Of a stretch of 64,000 nt of DNA, positions 51,901 to 62,816 are shown piece after piece. A program made the translations under genes and the position numbers. How positions within the stretch are numbered: the stretch's first letter is position 1; every line of letters starts with the position of its first letter. Source of the stretch: Azolla caroliniana (taxonomy: Eukaryota > Plantae > Polypodiophyta). The notes under the pieces were generated by a model. That model saw nothing but the letters and a program-made list of their open reading frames with translations, made no database searches and had not been told where the DNA came from. The DNA lies in NCBI GenBank assembly GCA_043228905.1, contig JBHGNT010000008.1, positions 19,530,001 to 19,594,000 on the forward strand, given 5' to 3'.

Positions 51901-54457
51901 AAATGCGGGCACTCGATGCCAACGAAACTTGGGACCTAGTTGATCCTCCCCGTCACTGTAAACCGATCGGCTGCAAGTGGGTGTACAAGGTCAAGTACAA
52001 TGCCGACGGTTCTGTTAACCGGTACAAAGCCCGGTTAGTGGCGAAGGGATACGCGCAGACCCACGGAATCGACTATGACGAGACCTTCGCTCCTGTGGCG
52101 AAGATGACGACGGTTCGTGTGGTACTGGCGGTTGCTGCGGCAAGGGGGTGGCATCTTCACCAGATGGATGTGAAGAACGCCTTCCTTCAAGGAGTGCTTG
52201 AAGAAGAAGTCTTTATGACTCAGCCCCCCGAATTTCAATCGGAGATGAACAAGTCGGCGGTATGCCGACTGAAGAAGTCGCTTTACGGCTTGAAGCAAGC
52301 CCCCCGAGCCTGGAACGCGAAGATCACGCACCGGTTGCGTAAGCTGGGGTTTGCTGTCTCTAAGTCGGACTCTTCGTTGTTCATCCGGCAAGGCTCTGAC
52401 GGTCCGGTATGTATACTCTTGTATGTGGATGATTTAGTCATCACTGGACCGGGTCTTCCCGAAATCAACCGCGTCAAGTCCCAGTTGTCGGACGCATTCG
52501 AAATGAAGGACCTGGGGGACCTTCATTATTTTCTTGGGATCGAAGTGATCCGGACCCCCGACGGCATATTGCTCTCACAACGACATTACGTCTTGAATAT
52601 GCTGTATAAGTTCGGTATGACGGATTGCCGACCTGTCTCCACACCCCTGGACCGGAACCAGAAGCTCTGTCCCAACTCCGGACCGGCCTGCAATGAGAAA
52701 CGGTTCTGACAGGTTGTCGGAAGCCTGATCTACTTAACCATCACTCGACCCGATATCAGCTATCCGGTCGGCATGGTAAGTTAGTTCATGCAGAAGCCGA
52801 CCGTGGAGCACCTTCACTGCGCGCAACGAATATTACGGTATGTCAGCGGCACTAAGGACCGGGGACTGCTATACCGGCGAGGTATACCCGAAGAGCTTGT
52901 CGGTTACACAGATGCTGACTGGGCCGGCGATGCGTCTGATCGCCGCTCCACTTCCCGATACATGTTCTCCATAGGTAGCGCGGCCGTTGCGTGGAGCAGC
53001 AAGAAGCAGCCCATAGTGGCTTTGTCAAGCACTGAGGCTGAGTACCGGGCCGCTACCGTTGCCACTTGTGAAGCCATCTGGCTTCGGCGACTGCTGCGAG
53101 ACTTGCGGATCGAGGTACCGACCCCGATCCCGATTTACTGCGATAACATGAGCAGCCTGCAGCTCGCCAAGAACCCTGTGTTCCATGCTCGCACAAAGCA
53201 CATCGAGGTGCACTACCACTTCGTGTGTGAGCGGGTCCTGAGCGGTGAAGTTGACCTACGCTATGTTCATACGGATCGGCAAGTTGCCGAAATCTTCACC
53301 AAGCCGCTCGGATTGGACAAGTTGCAACACTTTACCGACATGCTTGGTATTCAGCATCTCGACGTGCCGCACTTGAGGGGGAGAAGCAAGGGCAAAGTCT
53401 CTACCGAAACGGGCAAAGGCCAAAAAATTGTTGAACCCGTCGGTAAGAGGAGAGCCGGAAGAAGAGGAGACAAGAAGATGAAGGAAGCCGAGTCGACGAA
53501 GGAAGTCGACACATCCAAACAAGTCGGAGCAAGCGGCTGTGAAGAAGAGTTGTGCACTCAGGAAGAGAAGTGCATGCTGTGTGGAGGTCATCACGACGGC
53601 ACTAACCATGATGCGGAGTCGAATGAAGAATTCGATTTCGGTTCACCGGCTGAAGAAGCCGAGGGAAGCATGGAGAAGGCCAAGACTCGGAAGTGGTCCG
53701 ATGTGGTGAGAGGCCTGAAGCCGGAAGTCGAATCGGAGTGTACCGATTCGGACAAGAGCTGGAACGAGTCGGAGACAGCTGACTCGGATCAACAGATGGA
53801 TCTGGACGAGTCGGATCGACTGAAGGCCAAGGGGACACGGACACAGCGGAAGTCGATGCCATCGTGGGAGAACCGACAGATCGGCAAGCGCTGGAGTCAC
53901 AGCAACGTGAGTGCTGAGATGGGCCTATTGAGCAGACATGCCGACCAAGAGGGTCGAGGCGCGCAGAACCAAAGGGGTCGCGGCAAACGGGACCGGACCG
54001 AACGAGGAGCGCGAGCAAGGCGGAGTGACGCTAGGAGATGTCGGTTGGAAGAACCGACTGCCACAGAGGTCGACACTACGACCCCACCTCAGGTTGATCT
54101 TGAGGGGGAGTGTTGAGCGGCAAGCTCAACCAGAGCCGGATCGGCTGAATAAGCCAGAGCCGGTAAGCGAGACGGATTGGGCGAAACAGATCGGTATGAC
54201 GGTGAGCAACCGAACCGGCAAGCAGTGGAGGCCGGGTGCAATCCGTAACCGGAAGTCCAATCGGAAGCCTAGTATAGGATAGACTACTAGGTAGCTATAG
54301 TCTCGTAGTAAGTGCAAGATGCTCGTGTGAGCATTGAAGTACATGGTACTTCTGTCAGTCCCAAGAGGACTTGTATAAATAGTGCTACTTAGCACAGTGT
54401 GTATACAGAGTCTTGATATAATTTTGAAATTACGTTCTGCTCTCTCTGTCTCTCTCG

Positions 54458-54492
<35 letters not shown>

Positions 54493-54531
54493 GTTCTCTG
54501 TTTTACGCTTCCGCAAACACTTACGTTTACA
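48568..54531 (+). mobile_element. Young full-length Ty1/copia LTR retrotransposon
   Basis: LTRs 48568-48994 and 54111-54531, about 9 substitutions plus a 6-bp (GT)n difference by eye. Perfect TSD CAAAC; PBS tggtatcagagc at 48995; PPT gagggggag before 54111. Confidence 0.97.
49089..54116 (+). pseudogene. Copia gag-pol polyprotein, single frame broken by about 5 nonsense codons
   Basis: ORFs 49089, 50577, 51834 and 52788 are in one frame: gag, WYVDSGASNHMT, LWHKRIGH, HSDVWGP...LRSDGGKEY...QNGVAER, LYVDDL, YTDADWAGD, HARTKHIEVHYHF. Confidence 0.93.
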
Positions 54532-54959
54532 CAAACAAACCTACCTCAAAAACGTCTTGCATGTCCCAACCATCACGAAAAATTTGGTCTCGGTCGGCCA
54601 AGTAGTAGAACAAGGCATGCAAGCGCGGTTCAATAATGAAGGGTGCTTCATTGAAAAAGACGATCAAATCATAGCGCACAGTCATCGAGAAGGCCGAACG
54701 TTCATCCTCGAGTCGAGCGAAGTGAAATCCGACATGTTCGCAAACAACATCAAAGTCGAAACCGACTTGAAATTGTGGCACAAACGAATTAGCCACATCA
54801 ATCTCCAAAAGCTTAAAGGAATGCAATTGAAAGGAGTCGTAATTGGACTCCCGACATTTACCGAAAAGGAAAAAGTTGGTGTATTTGAAACTTGCCAATT
54901 CGGCAAACAACACTGACAACCATTCCCGAAAGAGAGGAATGTGAGCAAAGGGACCTTAG

Positions 54960-56440
54960 TGTTGAAGACGCAGTTGTCTTGTGCGGAACAAATCAACACT
55001 CCCCTAAGGTGAGGATCATAAGTGGATGTCGGCAAGGTAGATTGATGGCATCAGAAACAGAAACAGAGAGAACGCAAGAGAGAGATGATTAGGCACAAGA
55101 TGAACTATATTTCAACAACAACCACACCACAAAACTAGGTTACAAAGTCAATTTATGTACTGACTGACTTAGGGCAACTGCCCTTCTCACTATTATAAAT
55201 AGCCTAAACCTAGTGTGTATAGAAGGAAACAATGTGAATACGTTCATTAGAGACCCGCATTCAACACTCCCTCGTAATGGGCGTATACATTGAAATTTTG
55301 TAAATCAAAATAAATGTACAATATAGATTGATACAAAGTTTTCGAACAAATCAAAATTTCGTTTGAGTCGGTGAACTTCGAAAAACTAAAGGCCGAACTG
55401 GCCGAGGTTGGGGAGCCGAACTTCGAACTGTCGAAGTTGATTATTTGAAAACATCCTAAGTGTTCGACTTAATCAGACTGATTCTTCGTTACGCCCATCT
55501 GGTGCCGAAGGGACTTCGCCACATCAGACGCAACAACATATTCGGCCTCGATCGTTAATGTGGCAATGCACTTCTGAAGTTTCGATTTCCACGAGATTGC
55601 TCCATTGCTGAACTTAAAGCAGTATCCGGTTGTCGATTTTCAACTGTCCACACAACTGGCAAAGTCTGAGTTGGTGTAGCCAACTACGCTTGAAGTGTCG
55701 TTCGGACCGAATAGAATGCCAAGGTCTTTGTGCCCACCAGATATCTGAACACATGCTTTACTGCATTCCAGTGCGATCGGCTAGGGTTGTGCATGAATCT
55801 ATTGACGACTCCTACGACGTGAGCAATGTCAAGTTGTGTCGTGACCATCGCGTACATCAGGGAGCTGACTGTCGGTGCATATAGTACTGGCTTCATAGTT
55901 TCCCCCTCCGAACCGAATATCGGGCAGTCTCGGCGAGATAGTCGAAGGCTAATGGGGAGCGAGGTCGAAGCAGATTTCGTCGATTGCATATTGAAGCATT
56001 CAAGGACACGTTTAATATAGTCAGATTGGGATAGAAACAATTGTCTTTGATTTCGATTTCGACTAATCTTCATGCCGAGAATGTGTCTTGCCGAACTAAG
56101 GTCCTTCATGGCAAACTTCAACTGCAGTTGCCGAATGAGTTTGGCAAGCTCTCCGGCTTGCTGACCGGAGATTAGCATATCGTCCATGTAGATGACGAGG
56201 AAGATGGGTGACCCATCTCAAGTTGTTTTCGTGAAGAGACAGTGGTCCTCATCGCTCTTCGAGAAGCCGACCGACTGAATGAAGTCATTGAACTTCTTAT
56301 ACCACTGTTGCGGTGCTTGTTTTAGGCCGTAAAGACTCTTCCCGAGTCGATAGACTATATGTTCTTGGCTGGTGCCCCTCACACTATATCTCCATATGTC
56401 TCCTTCCAAAACTACCCTCAATATCCTCAACCTGACCACA
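54960..56440 (-). mobile_element. Copia 3' fragment (RT-RNase H plus 3' LTR 54960-55266) inserted into the host copia integrase
   Basis: LTR TGTTG...TCAACA, PPT cgagggag. KSLYGLKQAPQQWYKKF, YMDDML, FAMKDL, SHWNAVKHVFRYL. Confidence 0.85.
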
Positions 56441-57841
56441 CCATGGACCCATAATACAGTCCATATTAGGTGAGTAAAAAAAGCCTACATCATGCAAGAT
56501 GGCATAGAGCTAAATTTTTAGAGAGGTCACACATTTTCCTCATCGACTTTGGCTTCCGTCACCACAAACATTATAATGCTCCTTGAGGTTAGGCCTACGA
56601 CATCATCACAAAATATTGGGGCCAAACCATCAATTGGAGTTGCTACAAGGTGTAAGCCATCACCTTAAACTTTAAATGACACAAGGGAAGAAGTTGTGAG
56701 AAACATCCCTCACCTAGTTGATGTTCATCTTGTTTCCCTATCCTCTCCTAGAGAAATGATTACCCAACCATATGGTCTCGTCATCTACCAATACCACCCT
56801 GACCTCATCCATCCCTTTCCCACTTAGGAATCCTCTCCAAAAATTTTATTAGTGTCAATTATATGTGGAATACTTCTCATTGAAAAGAATACATAAAGAT
56901 AAATAAACTAGGATTACTCAATGCAAGTTGTGCACCAAGTTGCAACACATACTTCACCTTAATGCAAGTAAAACTTTAGAGGGATGTTGATTTTGGAGAG
57001 TGTTAATGGATGTGAGATCATGTGTGCATTATGGCATGAGTATCGTGAATAAGACAACCATAATCTCCAATATAGTAGTTGGAAATTGACTATCCTGAAC
57101 TATTCCAATAAAATTCACTCTACCAATTGATTATGCGTAGAATAACCAAATCGTTAGTAAGGGGGACCATCATATACTCATATCTAGGGATTCCACATTA
57201 CGTCATTATGCCAAAAAAATTGTGCACACCTTTACTAGGTCACACTACATTAAGGTTTCAAGAATAACTAAAAGCCCATCATGCCTTAATACTTGGAAGG
57301 CTCATACACTTGATAAGTGTCAGAAGGGTCATGTTGTCCTAAGGATAATGGAGACGATCGCTTCAACTTGTGAAAATAAAGTTAAATCATTGAAAAATCT
57401 AGAGTCCACTTGTTCATTGGCAATCTAGATGACATGGTTTGTTTTCACATCGAGTTGAATCAACTCAATAAGTGTTATGGGGGTTGAGTTCTCCCTAGGA
57501 CAATAGAGAACACTACTTCAACTTGTGAAAACTTAAGTCAACTTGTGCATTGCATATCTAGTGTGGGTGACATTGTTTGTTCTTAGGTGGCCACTTAAAT
57601 ATTGTTGCATTCGATTGCATTCAATTTTGTGTTGACTCTAGTGACCTTGACAATCCCACCTTTTTTCATCACGATCCACAAATCTCATTCATCATTTCAT
57701 GTAGCCACCTAATTTATACACTTTTGAGAACATCTATTTGATTTATCATCTTAGGTATCGCCATCCTACATTAAAAATCCATCCCACTCTTTTTGACACC
57801 AACAACTTTATCTTGCCCTACTCTTCACCAATCCATGTTCT

Positions 57842-58350
57842 TTGACTCGATCATGGACCTCACCATCCTCATTTGGTTGTGAGTCAACTTCGTCGTACTT
57901 CAACTCATAATGTAAATGGCTCCCATATCTTTTCTTTGACATTTCCAAGTGAACAAGCTAGAAACTAACCACTAGCTTTAATTTTCTACAAGCAAGATTG
58001 TTTGTTGTTGAGAAACATCAAACTTGGCATTGTATCTCTACGCCTTTTTATTCGCGTAAAAAACAACGATACGACTGAAACCATGGCAAGACAAGACGGG
58101 GTAAGATGAGGATGTGCAATGACAAGACATGAGGGTCAAGTCAACACAAGAGCTTTAAATGCTCCTTTCAATGCTCATAACCGTGCAATGGAGGAAATAT
58201 CGATCCACTTGATCGAAATGGCCGGCGTGTGGTAATTTGCTACGAAATACATACATAGTTCGACCAGGTCAAGCAATGTCTACTTTTACTACATTGAAAA
58301 AGAGAAGACCAAAAAACATCTCTCTCTTTTTTTTTCTTTCACTATATATA
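57842..58350 (+). promoter_or_regulatory. Chitinase promoter: W-box cluster and TATA
   Basis: TTGACY or its reverse complement at 57842, 57882, 58134, 58139 (overlapping pair) and 58267; ctatatata at about 58343. Confidence 0.5.
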
Positions 58351-58513
58351 CATGCATAAGTTACATAGAGGGGAGGCTCAAGGCTTTCCACCGCACATAA
58401 ACAAAGAGATTTATACATATAGATTTCTTTAATTTCTTAATTAATTAAATTAAATTTATACATATAGAGTTCTTAATTAAATTAAATTAAATTAAATTTA
58501 TCAATCGGTTTGA

Positions 58514-60158
58514 ATGGCTTCTACGTCGAAGCCGGCCAGACGAGGCGGAGCCGCCTCCTCCTTCGCCGCCGTTTTCTTGGCGGCGCTGCTCCATCTCAGC
58601 GGTTCCATGCGCGCCGCCGCCGCCGCGCGCTGCGGCAGCCAAGCCGGAGGAGCCATTTGCGCCGATAATCTCTGCTGCAGCCAATACGGCTACTGCGGCT
58701 CCACGAGCGCCTACTGCGGAACCGGCTGCCAGAGCGGGCCCTGCACCCCCTCCTCCTCCTCTTCTTCTTCCTCCACCTCCGCAGGCGGCTGCGATCCGCC
58801 CTGCGAGGCGAACCTCTGCTGCAGCCAGTACGGCTACTGCGGCTCCAGCAGCGCCTACTGTGGAGCCGGCTGCCAGGGAGGGCCCTGCAGCTCCTCGGAC
58901 GTCTCTTCCATCATCACGAGCGGCATCTTCAATCGGTTCCTACCACGCCGGAACTCCGCCCCAGCTAGCGGCTTCTACACCTACGCCTACTTCCTGGCGG
59001 CGGCCCGAGCCTATAGCGGCTTCGGAACCACAGGCGGCTCCGACGTGAGAAAGCGGGAGCTCGCCGCTTTCTTTGCCAACATAGCCCACGAGACCGGAAG
59101 TAAGTCTCTCTCTGTGTCTACTCTAGTCTCTTCTAGTCTGGTTTGGTCTAGTCTAGTCTAGTCTAAGTCTCAAGTCTCGTCCGCCCGCCCGCCTGCTAGT
59201 TACGATCATTGGTCATCGACCGTGAGTACTTACGAGAGGCGGATGGGATGGACATTACGTACTTGTAAAATTTTAGGAATCGGCCGTGGTTCGGTTTCGG
59301 CCTAACCGGTTTGGCCTTGTCCAAACCGAATCGGTTAAGCCTTAACCGGTTTCAGAGTTTCCAAGCTTGAGCTGAAAAATCGGTTAATCTGAACCCCCTT
59401 TAAGAGTTTTCAAGCTTGAACCGGAGAACCGGTTTGGCTCAACGATTAAGCCTTATCCGGTTTGAGAGTCCCTCAAGCTTGAACCGGAGAACCAGTTAAG
59501 GCTTAACCGGTTTTGGCTCTAAACAGTTTGGTTCGGTTTGAGCCTTGCCAAATGGAGCTCAAACAAATTAAGGAGGCTCAAGCATGAACCAAACCAAACC
59601 ACCAAACCAATTAAAAACGGTTTAATGGCTCAGTTCAAGTTTGAACCGAGCCGTTGTCGACTCCTACTTGTGTAATGTCCGCTTGCCATATGATCTATCT
59701 CATGTGTTTTATAACTCTTTGTTGCCCCCCCCTCCCCTTTAGGTGGCCAATACATCGAGCAAGTCGAGAAGGATACGTATTGCGACTCCTCTGCCCCTTG
59801 TGCCCCTGGACAACAATACTATGGCCGTGGCCCCATCCAGCTCTCGTGGAACTACAACTATGAGTCGGCCGGGGATGAGCTCGGGTTCAACGGGATCAAC
59901 AACCCTGGCATTGTCGCATCGGACCCTGCCATCTCGTTCAAGACTGCCGTGTGGGCGTGGATGGAGGGGGAGTCGCCCACGTGCCACGATGCCATGGTCA
60001 ATGGTAACGGGTTCGGCGCCACGATCAAGGCAATCAATGGGTTCCAAGAGTGCGGGAGCAACCCCTCGAATCTCGACGGAAGACAAAGTCGTATCGCGTT
60101 CTATAAGTCGTATTGTGCCACCTTGGGTGTAGACCCAGGGCCAAACCTCTCTTGCTAA
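58514..60158 (+). CDS. Secreted GH19 chitinase with two tandem hevein/CBM18 domains, ~333 aa, 2 exons
   Basis: Exon 1 58514-59099 (GGA A|gtaagt), exon 2 59743-60158 (tttag|GT). Signal peptide; CBD1 [39 protein letters not shown]; Ser linker; CBD2 [34 protein letters not shown]; catalytic [65 protein letters not shown]. Confidence 0.95.
59274..59666. mobile_element. Non-autonomous TIR element (hAT-like, TAGG termini, AACCGG repeats) in the chitinase intron
   Basis: Imperfect TIR taggaatcggccgtggttcggtt / aaccgagccgttgtcgactccta; many aaccgg/ccggtt motifs; no clean TSD. Confidence 0.7.
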
Positions 60159-60462
60159 ATTATTTATGTTAGGATGCTAAGAGATCTTAGTTGATAATAG
60201 ATATTGGCATGAATAACTTGGGCCTACTTTGGTTATCCTAGGATTGCCTACATGGGGTGTTCTCAAATATATGCTCATATGTATAACTTTGATGAATAAT
60301 AGATCTACCAAATTTCCAAATCTTTCCAAATCACTGACGACCATCCTAACTACATGTCTGCACTACAAGTGGAAAGAAGATGTATTGATATTACATCCGA
60401 TGGGTGCGAGAAATTGCAATTTGTTAAAATTTTGTATGTGGGTTTACTTAAGATGGTTGTTA

Positions 60463-60740
60463 GTGCTAGAAATCGTAGTTCATAAGCGTGTGCAACTATT
60501 ATGACAACCAAGCACTCGACGATTGTAAGGTTGTCAGGTGTGTGGTGGACACTATGAGATATTCAAAAGTTTAGATGGTGAAGGTCAGAAGAGAATTGTA
60601 TGGAGAAGAGTTTACCTCAAGTAGATTAGTTGTTGAGATCAACATTTTACATGTGTAATGCACGAATGGTGTGCCATGACCTAGTGAGTTGTTCTCATCA
60701 TTTGACGTCTCTTGTTTACAAGGCATAAATAAGAGTGCTT
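60463..60740 (-). mobile_element. Gypsy pol relic, paralog of 26067-26294 + 27445-27500
   Basis: Colinear similarity 'tgctagaaatcgtagttcataag...agtgagttgttctca...aaataagagtgctt'. Confidence 0.75.
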
Positions 60741-60750
60741 ATGTAATTAC

Positions 60751-60952
60751 TGTTGAATACGGGTGTCTAATGGATGTATTCACATTGTCCCTTGTACAAT
60801 CTAGGTTTAGGACATTTATGTAAATATGTCAAAGGGCAGTTGCCCTAGCCCATTTAGTATATAATGGGCTTTGTAACCTAGCTCATAAGGTTGTTGCTAT
60901 TGTTAGAGAGTTGTTGCCTCCATTGTATTGTAACCATTAAATAAAGTTGTTA

Positions 60953-60987
<35 letters not shown>

Positions 60988-61617
60988 CTTTGATCCTGCG
61001 TTCATTCGTACACTCGGTGATCTTCAACTCAAGGTGTTATTTATGTTTCTGCATTGACGGTCTCAGAATCCAACATTTGGTATCAGAGCGAAGGTTCTTC
61101 AACTCGTTGTTGGTTGTCATCAGTTTTCCAACAACATTCTTGCCCTTCCTTCTTGAAGATCCTGAGTCCAAGATCTCATTTTGAGAAGAGAAAGACATAT
61201 GAAGATTCACACTCTACTAGGCTAAATCACTCTTAGAGTAAGTCAACCGGTTGTACTTTGTTTCTGTAATTGTAGCCGCTTGGAGTGGAATCCCCATCAA
61301 ATTGGCCTCAATTGTGCTTTATCAAGTTAGACAACAATCCCACAGTTCCTTTGACGCAGCCTACTCGTTTGTCGTAACCACTCAAAGTAGATCTGACCTT
61401 AGGAGCAACTCCATCTGCACTTCACTCGGCTAGACGAAATTCAGGAAGACTAGTCAAATTTGTCTCTCTAATCGTCATAGTCGCTTGAAGCAAGATTGGC
61501 TTGGAAAAATGCCACATAATCTATGATTGGTCCCTTGAAATAAGCAATCGGAATAGAACTGGTAGCAAATTGTGCTTAATCCGGCTAGGTGATATTTAGG
61601 AAGACCAGTCGGCTTTG
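60751..61617 (+). mobile_element. Copia 5' LTR (60751-61075), PBS and leader
   Basis: TGTTG...CCAACA followed by tttggtatcagagc. The LTR resembles the reverse complements of 54960-55266 and 61618-61916. Confidence 0.85.
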
Positions 61618-62816
61618 TGTTGGAGACAAAGTCGTCTATGCGGAAGATCGAGAAGCATTCGATTGCTGTTGAATACCTGCGTATGACAGTTTGTAGGTCG
61701 TTGCACAAAGAGAGAGAGAGAGAGACAGAGAGGCACAAAAGACTTTCTTTATTCCACAAAGCAATAATACAACATCCAGAAAAAAAAACCTTTACAAAAA
61801 GGTTACAAGGTCACTATATATAGGGACCGACTTAGGGCAACTACCCTTTATGCTAATTACATAAATGGCCAAAACGGGATAGTGTGAATACGTCCATTAT
61901 ACACATGTATTCGACACTCCCCCGTAATGGGCGTATACATGGGTTATCTAAGATTACAGGTATAGACTTAGGTTCTCGGACATATCAACTTTGTTCGAGT
62001 CGGCAGGGTCCGAAGGCAGAAGACCGAACTGGTCGGGTCGGAACAGTTGAAGCCGATCATTAAGGAACTGATGTCGGTTGTCGGGAACCATCCTGCTCTG
62101 TGTCCGGCTCTAACCGGACTGGTTTGTCGTTACGCCCATCTGATGCCGAAGAGACCGAAAACGGTCTGCCAAAAGACACTTGGTCATTCCATCTGCGACA
62201 TTGTCGGTTGTGGATATTTTCTCTAGACCGATTTTCCCTGAAATGACGCAGTCCCGAACGAAGTGATATCGAACGTCGATATGTTTGGAGGCGTTGTGGT
62301 GAACCGGATTTTTCGACAAGGCAACAGCACCTTGACTGTCGCTGTAGACAACTGGAGCCGAGTCATGGTCGACTTGTCGAAACGTGTGCACCAGCCGACC
62401 GAGCCACAAAGCTTCTTTTGCTGCGTCGGACGCAGCTACATATTCTGCTTCGGTCGTTGAGGTCGCTGTGCACTCCTGAAGTTTCGACTTCCACGAGATT
62501 GCTCCATTGCCGAATTTGAAGCAGTATCCGGTTGTTGATTTCCGACTGTCTATACAGCCGGCGAAGTCCGAGTCGGTGTAACCGACTACGCCTGAGGTTC
62601 GGTTCGGACCGAAAAGAATGCCGTGGTCTTTTGTGCCAGCCAGATATTTGAACACATGCTTGACTGCGTTCCAATGCGATCGGCCAGGATTGTGCATAAA
62701 TCTGCTAACGACTCCTACGGCGTGAGAAATATCAGGCCGTGTCGCGACCATCAGGTACATAAGGGAGCCGATTGCCGGTGCATACGGTACCGACTTCATA
62801 TCTTCCCCCTCCGTAT
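61618..62816 (-). mobile_element. Copia 3' end (LTR 61618-61916, RT end and RNase H)
   Basis: PPT cgggggag; ORF VPYAPAIGSLMYLMVATRPD...YTDSDFAG...SKHIDVRYHFVR. Confidence 0.9.

Larger units (their letters stand above)
47027..54959 (+). mobile_element. Older copia (related to 17813-23418) hosting the young element; truncated in integrase
   Basis: LTR about 47027-47314 starts tgttgagaatcgaactcaacttcc; decayed PBS cgctatcaaag; gag and WFVDSGASNHMT before 48567; reading resumes at 54532 (QTYLKNVLHVPTITKNLVS...LWHKRISH...CQFGKQH). Confidence 0.85.

Noticed and set aside
58514-59099. High GC of the chitinase as a sign of horizontal transfer
   Set aside because: It has a spliceosomal intron, plant hevein domains and a signal peptide; GC-rich defence genes are common in plants.
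54960-61075. Chitinase captured between two related LTRs
   Set aside because: The LTRs are in opposite orientation, diverged, belong to separate insertions and share no TSD.
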